DNA of 64,000 nt from a bacterium (lineage in GTDB: Bacteria > Patescibacteriota > Minisyncoccia > Phycocordibacterales > CAIZLB01), in assembly GCA_031411135.1 (NCBI GenBank), contig JANOAN010000003.1:10614-74613 (forward strand), read 5' to 3'. Positions 37,231-46,900 of this stretch are shown piece after piece. The translations under genes were made by a program, and so were the position numbers. Within the stretch, counting starts at the first letter, position 1; each line of letters starts with the position of its first letter. The notes beneath the pieces were generated by a model. The model saw only the letters and a list, made by a program, of their open reading frames with translations, made no database searches and was not told the DNA's origin.

Positions 37231-37320
37231 CCAAGTTCGAACAGCCTCCACGGTCCTCCGCACGCAAAAACCGCCCGAAAGGGCGGTTTGTTTTATCACA
37301 AGTGAGATTCGAACTTTTGC
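37231..37320 (+). repeat. att-like repeat copy 2
   Basis: AAGTTCGAACAGCCTCCACGGTCCTCCGCACGCAAAAACC, the hairpin CGCCC-GAAA-GGGCG, then TTTTATCACAAGTGAGATTCGAACTTTTGC. Confidence 0.7.
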
Positions 37321-37422
37321 GTAAATTATTGAACCACTACGGTAGTCTTTACTTTTAATAATTAAGTGGTAGTTTTAGATTGAACCCAGCACGCAAAACA
37401 ATAAAAACGGAGGTAACCAAAA

Positions 37423-37785
37423 ATGCAAAATTATGCACTCAGGTCTTTATGGAGACCATTAACGCCAGCACAACGAGGAATGATCCTCATGGCATATGAT
37501 CAATCGACACATGCTGACGTGTGGGAAGCGCTCAAGAGTGAAGAAGACCACCAAAGGGTCACTCTACTTTCACGAACAGTAGTCGAGGCTCACGTAGATC
37601 TGGCGCAAAATGATGACCCTGAACTCATGGTAGGAACCTCACTTGTGTCATCCAACTTTGCGGTGAGTTTCGTTCGCTGGTTTCGCGAATTGAAAGCCTG
37701 GAAAGAGTTAAGGTGGGATGACCCTCATCTGTTCCACACGCTTCTATCTCACGCCTGTGTCGCAAAAAAACTCGAAACGGTGTAA
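37423..37785 (+). CDS. hypothetical protein (GC-rich island cargo)
   Basis: A 120 aa ORF with an SD-like GGAGGU 9 nt upstream and a downstream terminator (CACCGCU-CUGACAA-AGCGGUG plus a U-tract). Confidence 0.5.
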   Translation: MQNYALRSLWRPLTPAQRGMILMAYDQSTHADVWEALKSEEDHQRVTLLSRTVVEAHVDLAQNDDPELMVGTSLVSSNFAVSFVRWFRELKAWKELRWDDPHLFHTLLSHACVAKKLETV

Positions 37786-37870
37786 CCGCACGATCAAAAA
37801 TATGGCTACGGCCTTCCCCGCACTGGACTGTGCCACCGCTCTGACAAAGCGGTGTTTTCTTTTTTATAAA

Positions 37871-37920
37871 AAGTTCTAACAACCCCCACGGTACTCCGCA
37901 CATTCGAACATTTTATCTAC
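37871..37920 (+). repeat. att-like repeat copy 3 (pseudo tRNA 3' end only)
   Basis: AAGTTCTAACAACCCCCACGGTACTCCGCAC closely matches the left part of copy 2. Confidence 0.6.
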
Positions 37921-37927
37921 AAAAAAT

Positions 37928-38608
37928 CTATTTTAAGCGCTTCTTATTTGGATTCAAAAAATTTTCCCTAGTCGCCACCCTTTTCCCTGTTTTTCTTTCA
38001 ATTTCCTTGCGGGCATTGCCTGAAACTCTACCGCCGTCCTTTGCATCTTTCTGAAGTAATGGAAATCCTTTAGAGTCTCTACTCCGAGAAAGCTCTGTTG
38101 TTGTTGCTTCTCCTAACATTGTGAGTATAAGTTCAAGCTCATTCATATGGTCTCGTGCATTATCCTGCTTTGAGATTTTTTTATAATCTTTTATTTCTTG
38201 AGCGGTCATTTCAAAAGTTCCTTTATATATTTCGTTTGTGAGAATTGCGAACTCAATACCTTCCTTCGCTTCTCTGTTTTTCCATTCATCAGTAAGAGTG
38301 TTGCGAACATTAATACCTCGAATTCTTTTAGCAATCCAATCTTCGTTGTGTCCTTTTTGCTCGTAAGTTTTCTTTGCTCGTAAAACAGCTCGTTCAGGGT
38401 CTTGTATTTCTTCTATTCGTTCCTGACCTACTTTTGCCAACCACAACTTAAATGGTTCTGCTTTCGATGAAGGAATGGCTTGTATGATACGAAAGATACC
38501 TGCCAAATTGGCACAATTTACCTTCTGAACCCATCCTTTCGTCTCTATTCCAAGGGGGGTGGCAATTTGCCCCCACCCTTTTGATAACTCCTCATCCCTT
38601 CTACGCAT
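37928..38608 (-). CDS. Bro-N / DinD-like (phage antirepressor-type) protein, apparently N-terminally truncated
   Basis: FRIIQAIPSSKAEPFKLWLAKVGQERIEEIQDPERAV..YEQKGHNEDWIAKRIRGINVRNTLTDEW is the conserved central region of DNA-damage-inducible protein D / BRO family proteins. The usual N-terminal segment is missing. Confidence 0.65.
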   Translation of the reverse strand: MRRRDEELSKGWGQIATPLGIETKGWVQKVNCANLAGIFRIIQAIPSSKAEPFKLWLAKVGQERIEEIQDPERAVLRAKKTYEQKGHNEDWIAKRIRGINVRNTLTDEWKNREAKEGIEFAILTNEIYKGTFEMTAQEIKDYKKISKQDNARDHMNELELILTMLGEATTTELSRSRDSKGFPLLQKDAKDGGRVSGNARKEIERKTGKRVATRENFLNPNKKRLK

Positions 38609-38629
38609 ATCCTTGATATACCCTTCGAG

Positions 38630-38665
38630 CTGTTTTTGTTTATCCAGATGAGATTAGAACTTTGA
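38630..38665 (+). repeat. att-like repeat copy 4 (right part only)
   Basis: GCTGTTTTTGTTTATCCAGATGAGATTAGAACTTTG matches 35804..35840 of copy 1, with two substitutions and two single-T deletions. Confidence 0.6.
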
Positions 38666-39297
38666 TATACTTAAATGGTATGGAGCATCTCCCATTAGAC
38701 ATAAAAAATTTCGGCTTTGTTCAAAGAGAAATCTGTAATGGTATTACTGTTAAATACAAATGTGGAAGAGATTTTCTTTATTATGCTCTACATTTTCTTT
38801 TACCTTCAAAATTCAATCCTGAAACTAACAATCCGCAAGAAATAGATAGAAATCACTTTTTTGGACTTACTGTTCCTGTATGGCTCGCTTGGACACAGCT
38901 GTAATTTTACAAAATGCCAACATTCTTAAAGAGGCTCTCTTTGGAATTAAAGATAAATGATGTGATAGTTACTAACTTTTTGAAATTTGTTTATGCAATG
39001 CTTTTCTCAAGAATATCTTATGAAAATGCCCTGGAAAGAATTGAAGGTAATGTGAAAAATGGATTGGTATCAGGTGTGGATTTGGCCTTACGATGGCAAG
39101 GGTTGGAAGACCACGTGCTTTTTGTGTATGGGTATGATGTAGATAATCTCTATGTGTTTGATACTAATAAAATTTCAAGACTTGAATATGAAAAGCTTAC
39201 TGATGATGAGCGATACTACATGAAACTACCAAAATCAGTAGTTAAAAACAGGTGGAAGACATTTAGTCGGGTGTGGGAAGTGTATAAAGTGAACTAA
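38662..39297 (+). pseudogene. gene interrupted by a single in-frame TAA (possible papain-like cysteine peptidase)
   Basis: ORFs 38662..38904 and 38914..39297 share a frame (offset 252 nt) and are separated only by TAA at 38902 plus 3 codons. A Cys candidate (KCGRDFLYYAL) sits in the first part and a His candidate (EDHVLFVYGYD) in the second. Confidence 0.45.
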
Positions 39298-39352
39298 TAG
39301 TGTTTAGACCGAGCTAAACTGATAGTAGTTTATATTCTGAATTATTTTTTAT

Positions 39353-39916
39353 CTAGTGCCCCACCTCCTGCAATTCATCATGCCCATAACCCTCACCTTC
39401 TGGTAATTGTTTTGCAATATAAAACAAAGCAACAAAAAGAATCAATCCTACTATTGTAATTTTTAAAAATCTTTTAAATGTAAATTCATTTCGATAATCA
39501 CGATAAATAAAAGACAAATATCCCAAGAAAACACCGAGTGGCAAAAGTATCGCTGCTACGAATGGACCATCTAGATAATGTTGCGTAGCACCACTCACCA
39601 TACCAGTTCCAATGGAAAGGATTGTTGAAAACCAAATGTATGGAATTAATTGTTTAAGTGACGATATCCCATGCTCAAGTATGTTTCCAATAACGAACAA
39701 TATGACACCTAAAATAATTAAAATTATGTATTTTGTTATATTTCCTCCAAGAGTCCCAGCATGCACGATCGAGCCGGAAATTAATCCAACACCTAAATAT
39801 TTAAACATATGAGAAACAAAAGATTTGGTAGAATTCATTTGGTTGGTGTTCATAGTTGAACCATTATATACCAAAATTTTCAAGTTGATACTGATTTTTA
39901 TAATAAGTTTGAACAC
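39353..39916 (-). CDS. polytopic membrane protein
   Basis: 187 aa with 5-6 hydrophobic helices. The start may lie at the internal MNTNQM. Confidence 0.5.
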   Translation of the reverse strand: MFKLIIKISINLKILVYNGSTMNTNQMNSTKSFVSHMFKYLGVGLISGSIVHAGTLGGNITKYIILIILGVILFVIGNILEHGISSLKQLIPYIWFSTILSIGTGMVSGATQHYLDGPFVAAILLPLGVFLGYLSFIYRDYRNEFTFKRFLKITIVGLILFVALFYIAKQLPEGEGYGHDELQEVGH

Positions 39917-39978
39917 CCTCCCCTACCAACAAAAAAACCACCCACATGGGCGGTTTTTTTGTTTTACTTACCCTGTCT

Positions 39979-40944
39979 TTATCTCCCTGTCGTAAACGAT
40001 CCTGTAGCAGAGCCTGACATGTTACCTGAAGCATCAGCACTTCTCACAGAGTAGAAATATGTTGTGCTCGAAGCTAAGCCTGAGACAGTTACATCATGAA
40101 GGAATACTCTATCAGACAAACTCACCGTGCTTGAACCAGTCACAACTACTGGACTTGATGTACTCACCCATACCCCACTGTCTGATCTTTCGTTAGTTAA
40201 CCAGAAGATGTGAGTAGACGAAGCGTTCGTGTTGTATGTTGTGCTGAAGTAAATACTTGGTGCAGTTACGTCCACTGAAGCAACCGCTGTAGTGTGGAAT
40301 CGCATAACTTTTGTCACTTTTGTATTCCCTGCAGAGTCCTTAGCTGTGACTGTGAAATAATACTGGGTATTAACACTAAGCCCACTTAACACAACAGAGT
40401 GACTTGTAGAAGTTGAAGTATCTACTACTACATTACTATTTACATCAACAATGGAACTTGTAGCAAATCGGACGTCCCCTGTTGTAGACGCATTAGTCTT
40501 CCAAGAGATTGTTGCTGTGGAAGTTCCGACACTTACCACATTAACATCCTTGATTACTGGGATAACCATATCTACAGTACTTGTAGAATGTTTCTTGAAG
40601 AATTTTCCAAACCAGTTTTGGAAACCACCATTCTCTAATTTCTTCTCTATTCCCTTTGGTAATCCTTTACCATCCTCTAATCTTTTCTCGATACCTCGTG
40701 GTAGCATTATTCCACTTGAAGCTGTGACTGTGGCATTGGCAGATGTTTGAACTCGGACTTCATCCTTATCATCATCGTCATGCTTGTCTTTTGATACGTT
40801 TGTATTTAGAGACACATTACCTAACAACCCCTTTGCATCCGCAACTGCAGGGCTCAAGCTCATGAGAACAAAAGCAAAGGAGGTCATGGTCGTGGCAATT
40901 ATTTTTAAGTTTTTCATTTTATTTTGCGAAATCATGTCGCGCAC
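39979..40944 (-). CDS. secreted protein with two fibronectin-III-like repeats
   Basis: Signal peptide (NLKIIATTMTSFAFVLMSLSPAVADA). Two repeats of the pattern ISWKTN..TGDVRF......TQYYFTVTAKDSAGN and IFWLTN..SGVWVS...TTYFYSVRSADASGN. Confidence 0.6.
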   Translation of the reverse strand: MRDMISQNKMKNLKIIATTMTSFAFVLMSLSPAVADAKGLLGNVSLNTNVSKDKHDDDDKDEVRVQTSANATVTASSGIMLPRGIEKRLEDGKGLPKGIEKKLENGGFQNWFGKFFKKHSTSTVDMVIPVIKDVNVVSVGTSTATISWKTNASTTGDVRFATSSIVDVNSNVVVDTSTSTSHSVVLSGLSVNTQYYFTVTAKDSAGNTKVTKVMRFHTTAVASVDVTAPSIYFSTTYNTNASSTHIFWLTNERSDSGVWVSTSSPVVVTGSSTVSLSDRVFLHDVTVSGLASSTTYFYSVRSADASGNMSGSATGSFTTGR

Positions 40945-41133
40945 CGTCCTTTAAAGCGCGACTGACTTTATTTTGTATTTAGGCTTATAATTCGTCTCTA
41001 ACACAATAAAAGACGCTGGGTACTATTTCTTCTTACTCAGCAGGTAGACATCTGTAAATAAGCGGTTTACTATAGACCACAAGAAGGGGTGTTATTTCCC
41101 GGCAATCAAAACCACACTTCTTCGTCTTAACAA

Positions 41134-41652
41134 ATGGAGGAAATACAAAATAACTTTTTAGAGGCATACAATACCTACTCGGACTCTATCTTCCGATTCT
41201 GTCTTTTTAAGTTGAGCGATCGGGAAATTGCAAAAGATTTTATGCAAGACACTTTCACCAAAACTTGGATGCTAGTTTCGAAGAAAAAAGTAGAGATTAA
41301 GAGTCTCAAAGCCATTCTTTACAAGATAGCCGGAAATTTGATTATCGATGAATACAGGCGACGAGGAAGACGCGGACTAGCAGCGTCACTCGACGTCCTC
41401 CACGAAGAAGGATTCGACCTTTATTGTGACGAAACATCTTCCATGATGGACCATATGGATGGAAAAAAGGCAGTCTCATTAATCTCAAAAATCCAAGAAC
41501 CGTATGGCGAGGCAGTATTCATGCGATACGTTCAGGGATTGGAGCTCGACGAAATGGCAGAGATTACTGGGGCTTCCGAAAACACCATGTCAGTGAGGGT
41601 GCACAGAGGAATTTCAATACTAAAAAAACTTTTTAATAAAGAAAATGAGTAA
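41134..41652 (+). CDS. ECF-type RNA polymerase sigma-70 family factor
   Basis: Region 2 (FMQDTFTKTW, IAGNLIIDEYRRR) and a region 4 HTH (LDEMAEITGASENTMSVRVHRG). Confidence 0.8.
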   Translation: MEEIQNNFLEAYNTYSDSIFRFCLFKLSDREIAKDFMQDTFTKTWMLVSKKKVEIKSLKAILYKIAGNLIIDEYRRRGRRGLAASLDVLHEEGFDLYCDETSSMMDHMDGKKAVSLISKIQEPYGEAVFMRYVQGLELDEMAEITGASENTMSVRVHRGISILKKLFNKENE

Positions 41653-42802
41653 AAACAATCAAAACAATCAAATACAGGATCACGAAATGCATGAAGATAT
41701 TCATAAGCTTTTTTCTATAGCCAAAGAGGAGTCGCTTTCTCATGATGAAAAAAAACAAGGGGCGATAGATTTTAAGAACTTTATGGAAAAAAATCCAAAC
41801 AGAGGTGTTTCAATGGTAAGTCCTTATATAAAAAATCTTTTCATTAGCACTTTCAAATTTGTTAAACAGCGACAATTAGTAGCTATAGCCTTAGCGGTGA
41901 TTTTGGTATTAGGAGGATCTAGTGGGACTGCGTATGCAGCGGTCAATTCCCTCCCGGGAGATTTGCTTTACCCGATAAAGATCAATATTAATGAAAAACT
42001 TGAAAGTGTTTTAGCTAGAGGCACAGAAGCCAAGGCGCGAGTTGCTGTAAAGCATGCCATAAATCGAATAGAGGAGGTTGAAAAATTGGCGGTTGCCGGT
42101 AAACTAGAAAAATCGAGTGAGGGTTCTGTTTCTGCCACTTTGGCTTTACAGTCAAAAGTAGTTCAGGAGAATATCTTAAAACTTAAAACAGAGGGAAATG
42201 TAGAAGCGGCAATAGTTATCAGCTCAGATTTTGAAAATTCATTGAATGATCATAAAAAGAATTTGGCAAATCTAGTTAAGAACAGTAGGGACACCGCGAG
42301 GGACCTTTTGGTAAAGACTAGTGAAAATATACATGACAATATATTAGCTGCCGCGAAGGAACGCTTGATACTTGAGGACAGTCTTTCAACATCAAACCAA
42401 ATCACTGTCAATAAAAAAATTGCCAATGACGAATTAATTGCTTCTCAGAAAAAAATTAAGAAAATCGAGGGTGCTGTTAATGCATCTCGCAACATAGATA
42501 AAGATATAAAAGATACTTTGAAAAATGCTGTGAAAACTGTTTCTGAAAGCGAAGAGAAGATAAATGTAGGGGCATACAACAATGCAGTTGTCTTACTCAA
42601 AGACGCCAAGGAGAATACCGATAAGCTGGAGGAGGAATTTAAGAAATCACCCATCGATTATTCAAAATCTGGTAAGACGCCCATACCTACAAGCACTGCA
42701 ACCCCCACTTCTTCAACTTCAGTGGATGGTAGTAGCAGTTCCACAATTAATATTCAAAATAATAACTTACCCATCCCCGTTCCATCAGTTCCTAGATTGT
42801 GA
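41645..42802 (+). CDS. putative anti-sigma / membrane-anchored coiled-coil protein
   Basis: Overlaps the sigma gene stop. Has one TM helix (LVAIALAVILVLGGSSGTAYA), a long helical ectodomain and an S/T/P-rich tail. Confidence 0.45.
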   Translation: MSKNNQNNQIQDHEMHEDIHKLFSIAKEESLSHDEKKQGAIDFKNFMEKNPNRGVSMVSPYIKNLFISTFKFVKQRQLVAIALAVILVLGGSSGTAYAAVNSLPGDLLYPIKININEKLESVLARGTEAKARVAVKHAINRIEEVEKLAVAGKLEKSSEGSVSATLALQSKVVQENILKLKTEGNVEAAIVISSDFENSLNDHKKNLANLVKNSRDTARDLLVKTSENIHDNILAAAKERLILEDSLSTSNQITVNKKIANDELIASQKKIKKIEGAVNASRNIDKDIKDTLKNAVKTVSESEEKINVGAYNNAVVLLKDAKENTDKLEEEFKKSPIDYSKSGKTPIPTSTATPTSSTSVDGSSSSTINIQNNNLPIPVPSVPRL

Positions 42803-42979
42803 CTCAGTAATAAATTTTCAGATATTAAGTAATTTCTTTATACATCAACGAAATCTGCCCCCTCACTACCCCAAGCCCCCTTCACAACTTTTTTATTTTT
42901 ATTTATCTCCAATATTGTATCTTTGTGACTAGATACATATTCAATATGTCTATGTACATAAAACAACCTCAAAAATACC

Positions 42980-43291
42980 ATGAATGCAATACTCGAAACT
43001 CCGCTGTCGATCAAAGAACTGGCCATAAAGCTTTTTAAAGGAAGCTTTCACACGTTCTACACACTGTCACCCGAATTCCCTCAAACACCAGATGTTTACA
43101 TGTGCTGGATCGGTGAATGCCGAAACCATGCCATTGGATTAGGACTCCGCAATATCCGTGGATCTGTGCTTCCTTTCTTTGGATGCAAAGATTGCCTACG
43201 GAGATTTAACGGAATCGTCTCTGATGATGTTCCTCCGATGAAGACTTCCCTACTGGCCTTCGACGGAACACCTATGAGGAAAAACATCTAG
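42980..43291 (+). CDS. hypothetical Cys-containing small protein (GC-rich orphan)
   Basis: A 103 aa ORF followed by a strong terminator at 43292..43346. Confidence 0.45.
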   Translation: MNAILETPLSIKELAIKLFKGSFHTFYTLSPEFPQTPDVYMCWIGECRNHAIGLGLRNIRGSVLPFFGCKDCLRRFNGIVSDDVPPMKTSLLAFDGTPMRKNI

Positions 43292-43346
43292 CGCCCACCA
43301 TTCAACACGAGCCCCTGTCGTTTGATGGTGGGCTTTGTGTTTTTAT
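43292..43346 (+). terminator. intrinsic terminator
   Basis: CCCACCAU-N23-AUGGUGGG followed by CUUUGUGUUUUU. Confidence 0.6.
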
Positions 43347-43432
43347 ATAAATTAAATTTTATAACTTTTTAATCTTTTATTCATATCGTATTGTTACATT
43401 GACACCACATATCCAAAGTATATACTTCGGAT

Positions 43433-43702
43433 ATGAAGAAAACCATGCTTAGTATTAAAATAGATTCGAAACAGAAACAAGAAGCCAAAAAAACCGCTGA
43501 GGCTTTAGGGATTCCTCTTGGAACCATTATCTCTGCCCTACTGCGACAGTTTGTGAGGGACAAAGAAATAAATCTTTCGATCCCTCTCAAGCCTTCAAAA
43601 TACTTGAGAGATTCTATCAAGGAAGCGGAGGAAGAATATGCTTCTGGAAAGTTAAAACCTTATAAAGATATTGACGAATTATTCAAAGAATTGAACGTCT
43701 AG
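43433..43702 (+). CDS. type II antitoxin, RelB/DinJ-like
   Basis: An 89 aa ORF with an RHH-like N-terminus (LSIKIDSKQKQEAKKTAEALGIPLGTIISALLRQF). Lies immediately upstream of the toxin. Confidence 0.7.
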   Translation: MKKTMLSIKIDSKQKQEAKKTAEALGIPLGTIISALLRQFVRDKEINLSIPLKPSKYLRDSIKEAEEEYASGKLKPYKDIDELFKELNV

Positions 43703-43708
43703 CGACTT

Positions 43709-43972
43709 ATGAAAATAATCATATCGTCAACTAAATTTAAAAGAAAGGTTAAAAAGTTATCACCTAAAATCCTTCTCCTTATTAAAGAAAAGGTTGCTAT
43801 TTTTAGAGAAAATGAATTCGACCAAATTTTAAACAATCACAAGTTGAGTGGACTCTATATAAACCGTAGAAGTATAAATATTACCAGCGATATTAGGGTT
43901 ATTTATAGAAAAGTCTCTGAAAATATGTACCTTTTTCTGACTATCGGCACCCACAGCGAACTGTACTCTTAA
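43709..43972 (+). CDS. type II toxin, RelE/YafQ family mRNA interferase
   Basis: An 87 aa ORF with NHKLSG...SINITSDIRVIYRK....LFLTIGTHSELY, the typical C-terminal signature of the family. Confidence 0.75.
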   Translation: MKIIISSTKFKRKVKKLSPKILLLIKEKVAIFRENEFDQILNNHKLSGLYINRRSINITSDIRVIYRKVSENMYLFLTIGTHSELYS

Positions 43973-43975
43973 AAA

Positions 43976-46900
43976 CTATCGCCTTATTTTCTTTACATAC
44001 GAAATAATCAGAATTGCGATAAAGATAATCAGAAGGACCAACACTGTATTGAGAAGCCATGAATATTTTTCGCTAAATGGTACGACGGCGACAAATGGTT
44101 TGTATTCTGGATTACTAAGTACACCAGATACAACAACCGTTGAAAGGTCTTTTTGCTTTAATGAAGTGTTTTGTAAAACAGTATCGATATCATAAACTGG
44201 TGAATTCAGATTTCCTCCAAAATATAAATAGAATGGCCCGGAACTTCGAGGTACAAAAGTAAGGACTGCTGCAGGAGAGTTAACCATAACTTTTGATTCT
44301 AAATTAAGTGGCTGATTATCTTGGTTATCAATGATAATTTGATAGTGCGACGCCTTAATCATTGGAAAGTTGATATGGAGACTTTCCAGTTTAGTACCAT
44401 CTTCTTTTGAGAAGGAATAGATGCTACCACCCCCAACTTCATACCACACTCCACTTGGGCTTGCGATAATGTTTGAATAACTACCAATCCCCCCTTCTAC
44501 AAAATCGTTTTTAACTTGCAATCTTATGTTTCGGTAAAAATTAGTCGAAGAGCCAATAAGGTCAATCCCATTTGCTAAAATCCCCTTATCTTTAAAATCA
44601 AAATAAATTTCAGTTGTCTGATTTTTTTCATTCTGAACTATTTTTACGTCTTTTGGGACAGAATTTTCCTTAAGTCCTGAAATCAGGGCTGATTGTGTGG
44701 CAAATCCAAATATGCCCACTTTTTTTGGCCTAAAATTAAGTAGACTATTATTAAAACTTACATCATTTTTAATTGAGCTGTCCTGATCAAAAGGTATCAA
44801 GACTACTTTTAAAAACCTTGAATTACTCGGTTCGTATGAGATTGTTGCATTCCCTACAGATTGCTTTGTGGCAGCATCGTAAAAATTAAAAATATATTGA
44901 GGTTTCTCTTCTAGAGATAATTGTCGCCAATTACTACTATCAAGAGAAAGGGATGTGTCTGATCCATACACCTTTACAATATAGCGGAAATTATTTTGAG
45001 ATGCTGTATCTACAAATCTAAGTACATTGTGTGTTAAAAATGTCTTGTCTTTATTATCTAGTATAAATTCAAGGTGTCTATTTCTTTCTGAAAGATTCTG
45101 CACGTCCAAATCTACAAACTCTGATGTGTCCCCGAACGACGAATAATTCAACGTATACGGCACCTGCACTCCGATTCCTGTGAAAACTCTGATATCAGAA
45201 ATGTTACTTTTCTCCTGCACATCAGCTGGGATGATCAATCTTGTAGGTCTCCCTTCAACAATCGAAGCTGAGCTTATTTCTGCACGATAAGGAGAAGCCT
45301 CGATAATCTCTTTATCAGTGGCCGCAAATGTAGAATTTGGAATAGATAATAACCCTAGCAAAAGCAATGAAACCGCCCCTGTCTTTAATTTGTCTTTATA
45401 CTTTGCATAAATAAATGATGCAAAAAGTGCAATAACTCCAAAAACCAGTGATGTTATAATTCGATAAACTGGTCCGAGATCCCAAACATCTACAAATATC
45501 TTAACCGCGGTAACTGCCATCAAAACCATTCCTGTTGTTCTAAACCATTTACTCTTCACAGAAAAACCAATCCCAATTGAAATCAATGCGTACAAGATCC
45601 ACACAATATCTACTGCTGTATTCTTTTGATTTGAAAGACTTCTAGTCACAGTAGAGAGGTCTAATTTTTTTTGCTGAAGCTCTGTTTGGTAATCTTGAGT
45701 CTGTCCTTCCGTCATTGCATTACTACTATTATAAGTATTGCTTGCGTAATAATTCTGTTGCAGTTGTGCTATTTCTTTATTTAAAGATTCAGTCTTAACA
45801 TAAATCTTACTTGAATACAGCTGTGATGTTTCAGATGTTAGTATAAAAATACTAGCAACCTGAGCAATTACAAAGTAAACAGCCACCAAACTCTTTGTTC
45901 CTTGTGTTACATCCACCCCCTCTTTTACGGCCTTATTAAGAATAAACGCCAATACATACGCAGTGACAATTCCTACTAAGAAAATAAAGAACCTCTCGTT
46001 CCACAAGAAATTAAATGCTTTACCGTAAACCATACTGTCCACATATCTTACGAATGTATACAAGGCGCTTACCACGAAAACAATTGAGCCATAGGCGTAC
46101 AGATTTTTACCTTTTAAATTGTAATCGAGTGCATACATAGCCACAGCCTCTACAAACCACGCGAGAGCAATCCAAGGTCCATCTAATTGTGCTGGAATTG
46201 CTAGTGTGAGAAACAAAGCTGACATAGCCGGTAAAAACATGTTCAGTAATTTATTTTCCTTATTCGTCTTGAACGAAAGTAATGCGATTGCAAAATACAA
46301 CATTGCCATCAAAATCATGAAAAATCCCATGAAGTTTTTGAAGGGTTCATACAATAATGAATAAGTTACTGTCGCATAACCCAAAGCGTTCACAACAATA
46401 ACAGCAAGGTCTGTAGAGTCTGACATTTCTTTTCGAATAATGTGATGGAATATTGAGGACAAAAGAAAAACTACAAAATACAGGAATAAGAAAAAGCACA
46501 TTCCAAGTCTGTCAGCTTTTTCATATAGATTCGTAAAGCACATAAAGACCAGAAGCCATGTGCCCGCAAAGGCGGTCGTTGTTAGCTTTCTCCATTTATA
46601 AACATATGCGACGACCATAACACCAACATCGAGAATTAAGATATATGTCAAAACCTGAGAAAGTGACGCGTTCGAAAGTGTCATAAATATAGGAGTCAAA
46701 AATCCACCAACTACTCCGATCATAGCCAAAACCATCGCGTTATCCACCACACTTAACACAACTGATAGGGCCGAAATACCAATAAGAAGTCCGTACGCTA
46801 CAGGGCTTGAAACAAGATGATAGAAAGCAAAACTTGCAAAAGTTGTTAGATATAAAAGTCCAATACCACAACCCATCAAAATGTTTGAATATGCCCGATA

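Larger units (their letters stand above)
35776..38665. mobile_element. tRNA-Ser-linked array of small integrated islets (no integrase inside)
   Basis: Four partial direct repeats of the tRNA-Ser 3' end and downstream sequence delimit three cargo segments. The segments hold GC-rich orphan genes and a truncated Bro-N/DinD-like gene. Confidence 0.45.

Noticed and set aside
38902-38904. Stop-codon reassignment (alternative genetic code) as the explanation for the in-frame TAA.
   Set aside because: All other long genes in the window end normally and contain no internal TAA/TAG/TGA, so the standard bacterial code fits. A local pseudogene or sequence error is more likely.
40945-41133. ECF-type promoter (AAC-N16-CGTC) in the divergent region between the FN3-like gene and the sigma gene.
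   Set aside because: CGTCT boxes exist on both strands (41006..41010 plus, 41024..41028 minus), but the spacing to any AAC-type -35 element does not fit. A sigma70-like TGACTT-17-TATAAT (about 40974..41002) explains the plus-strand unit.
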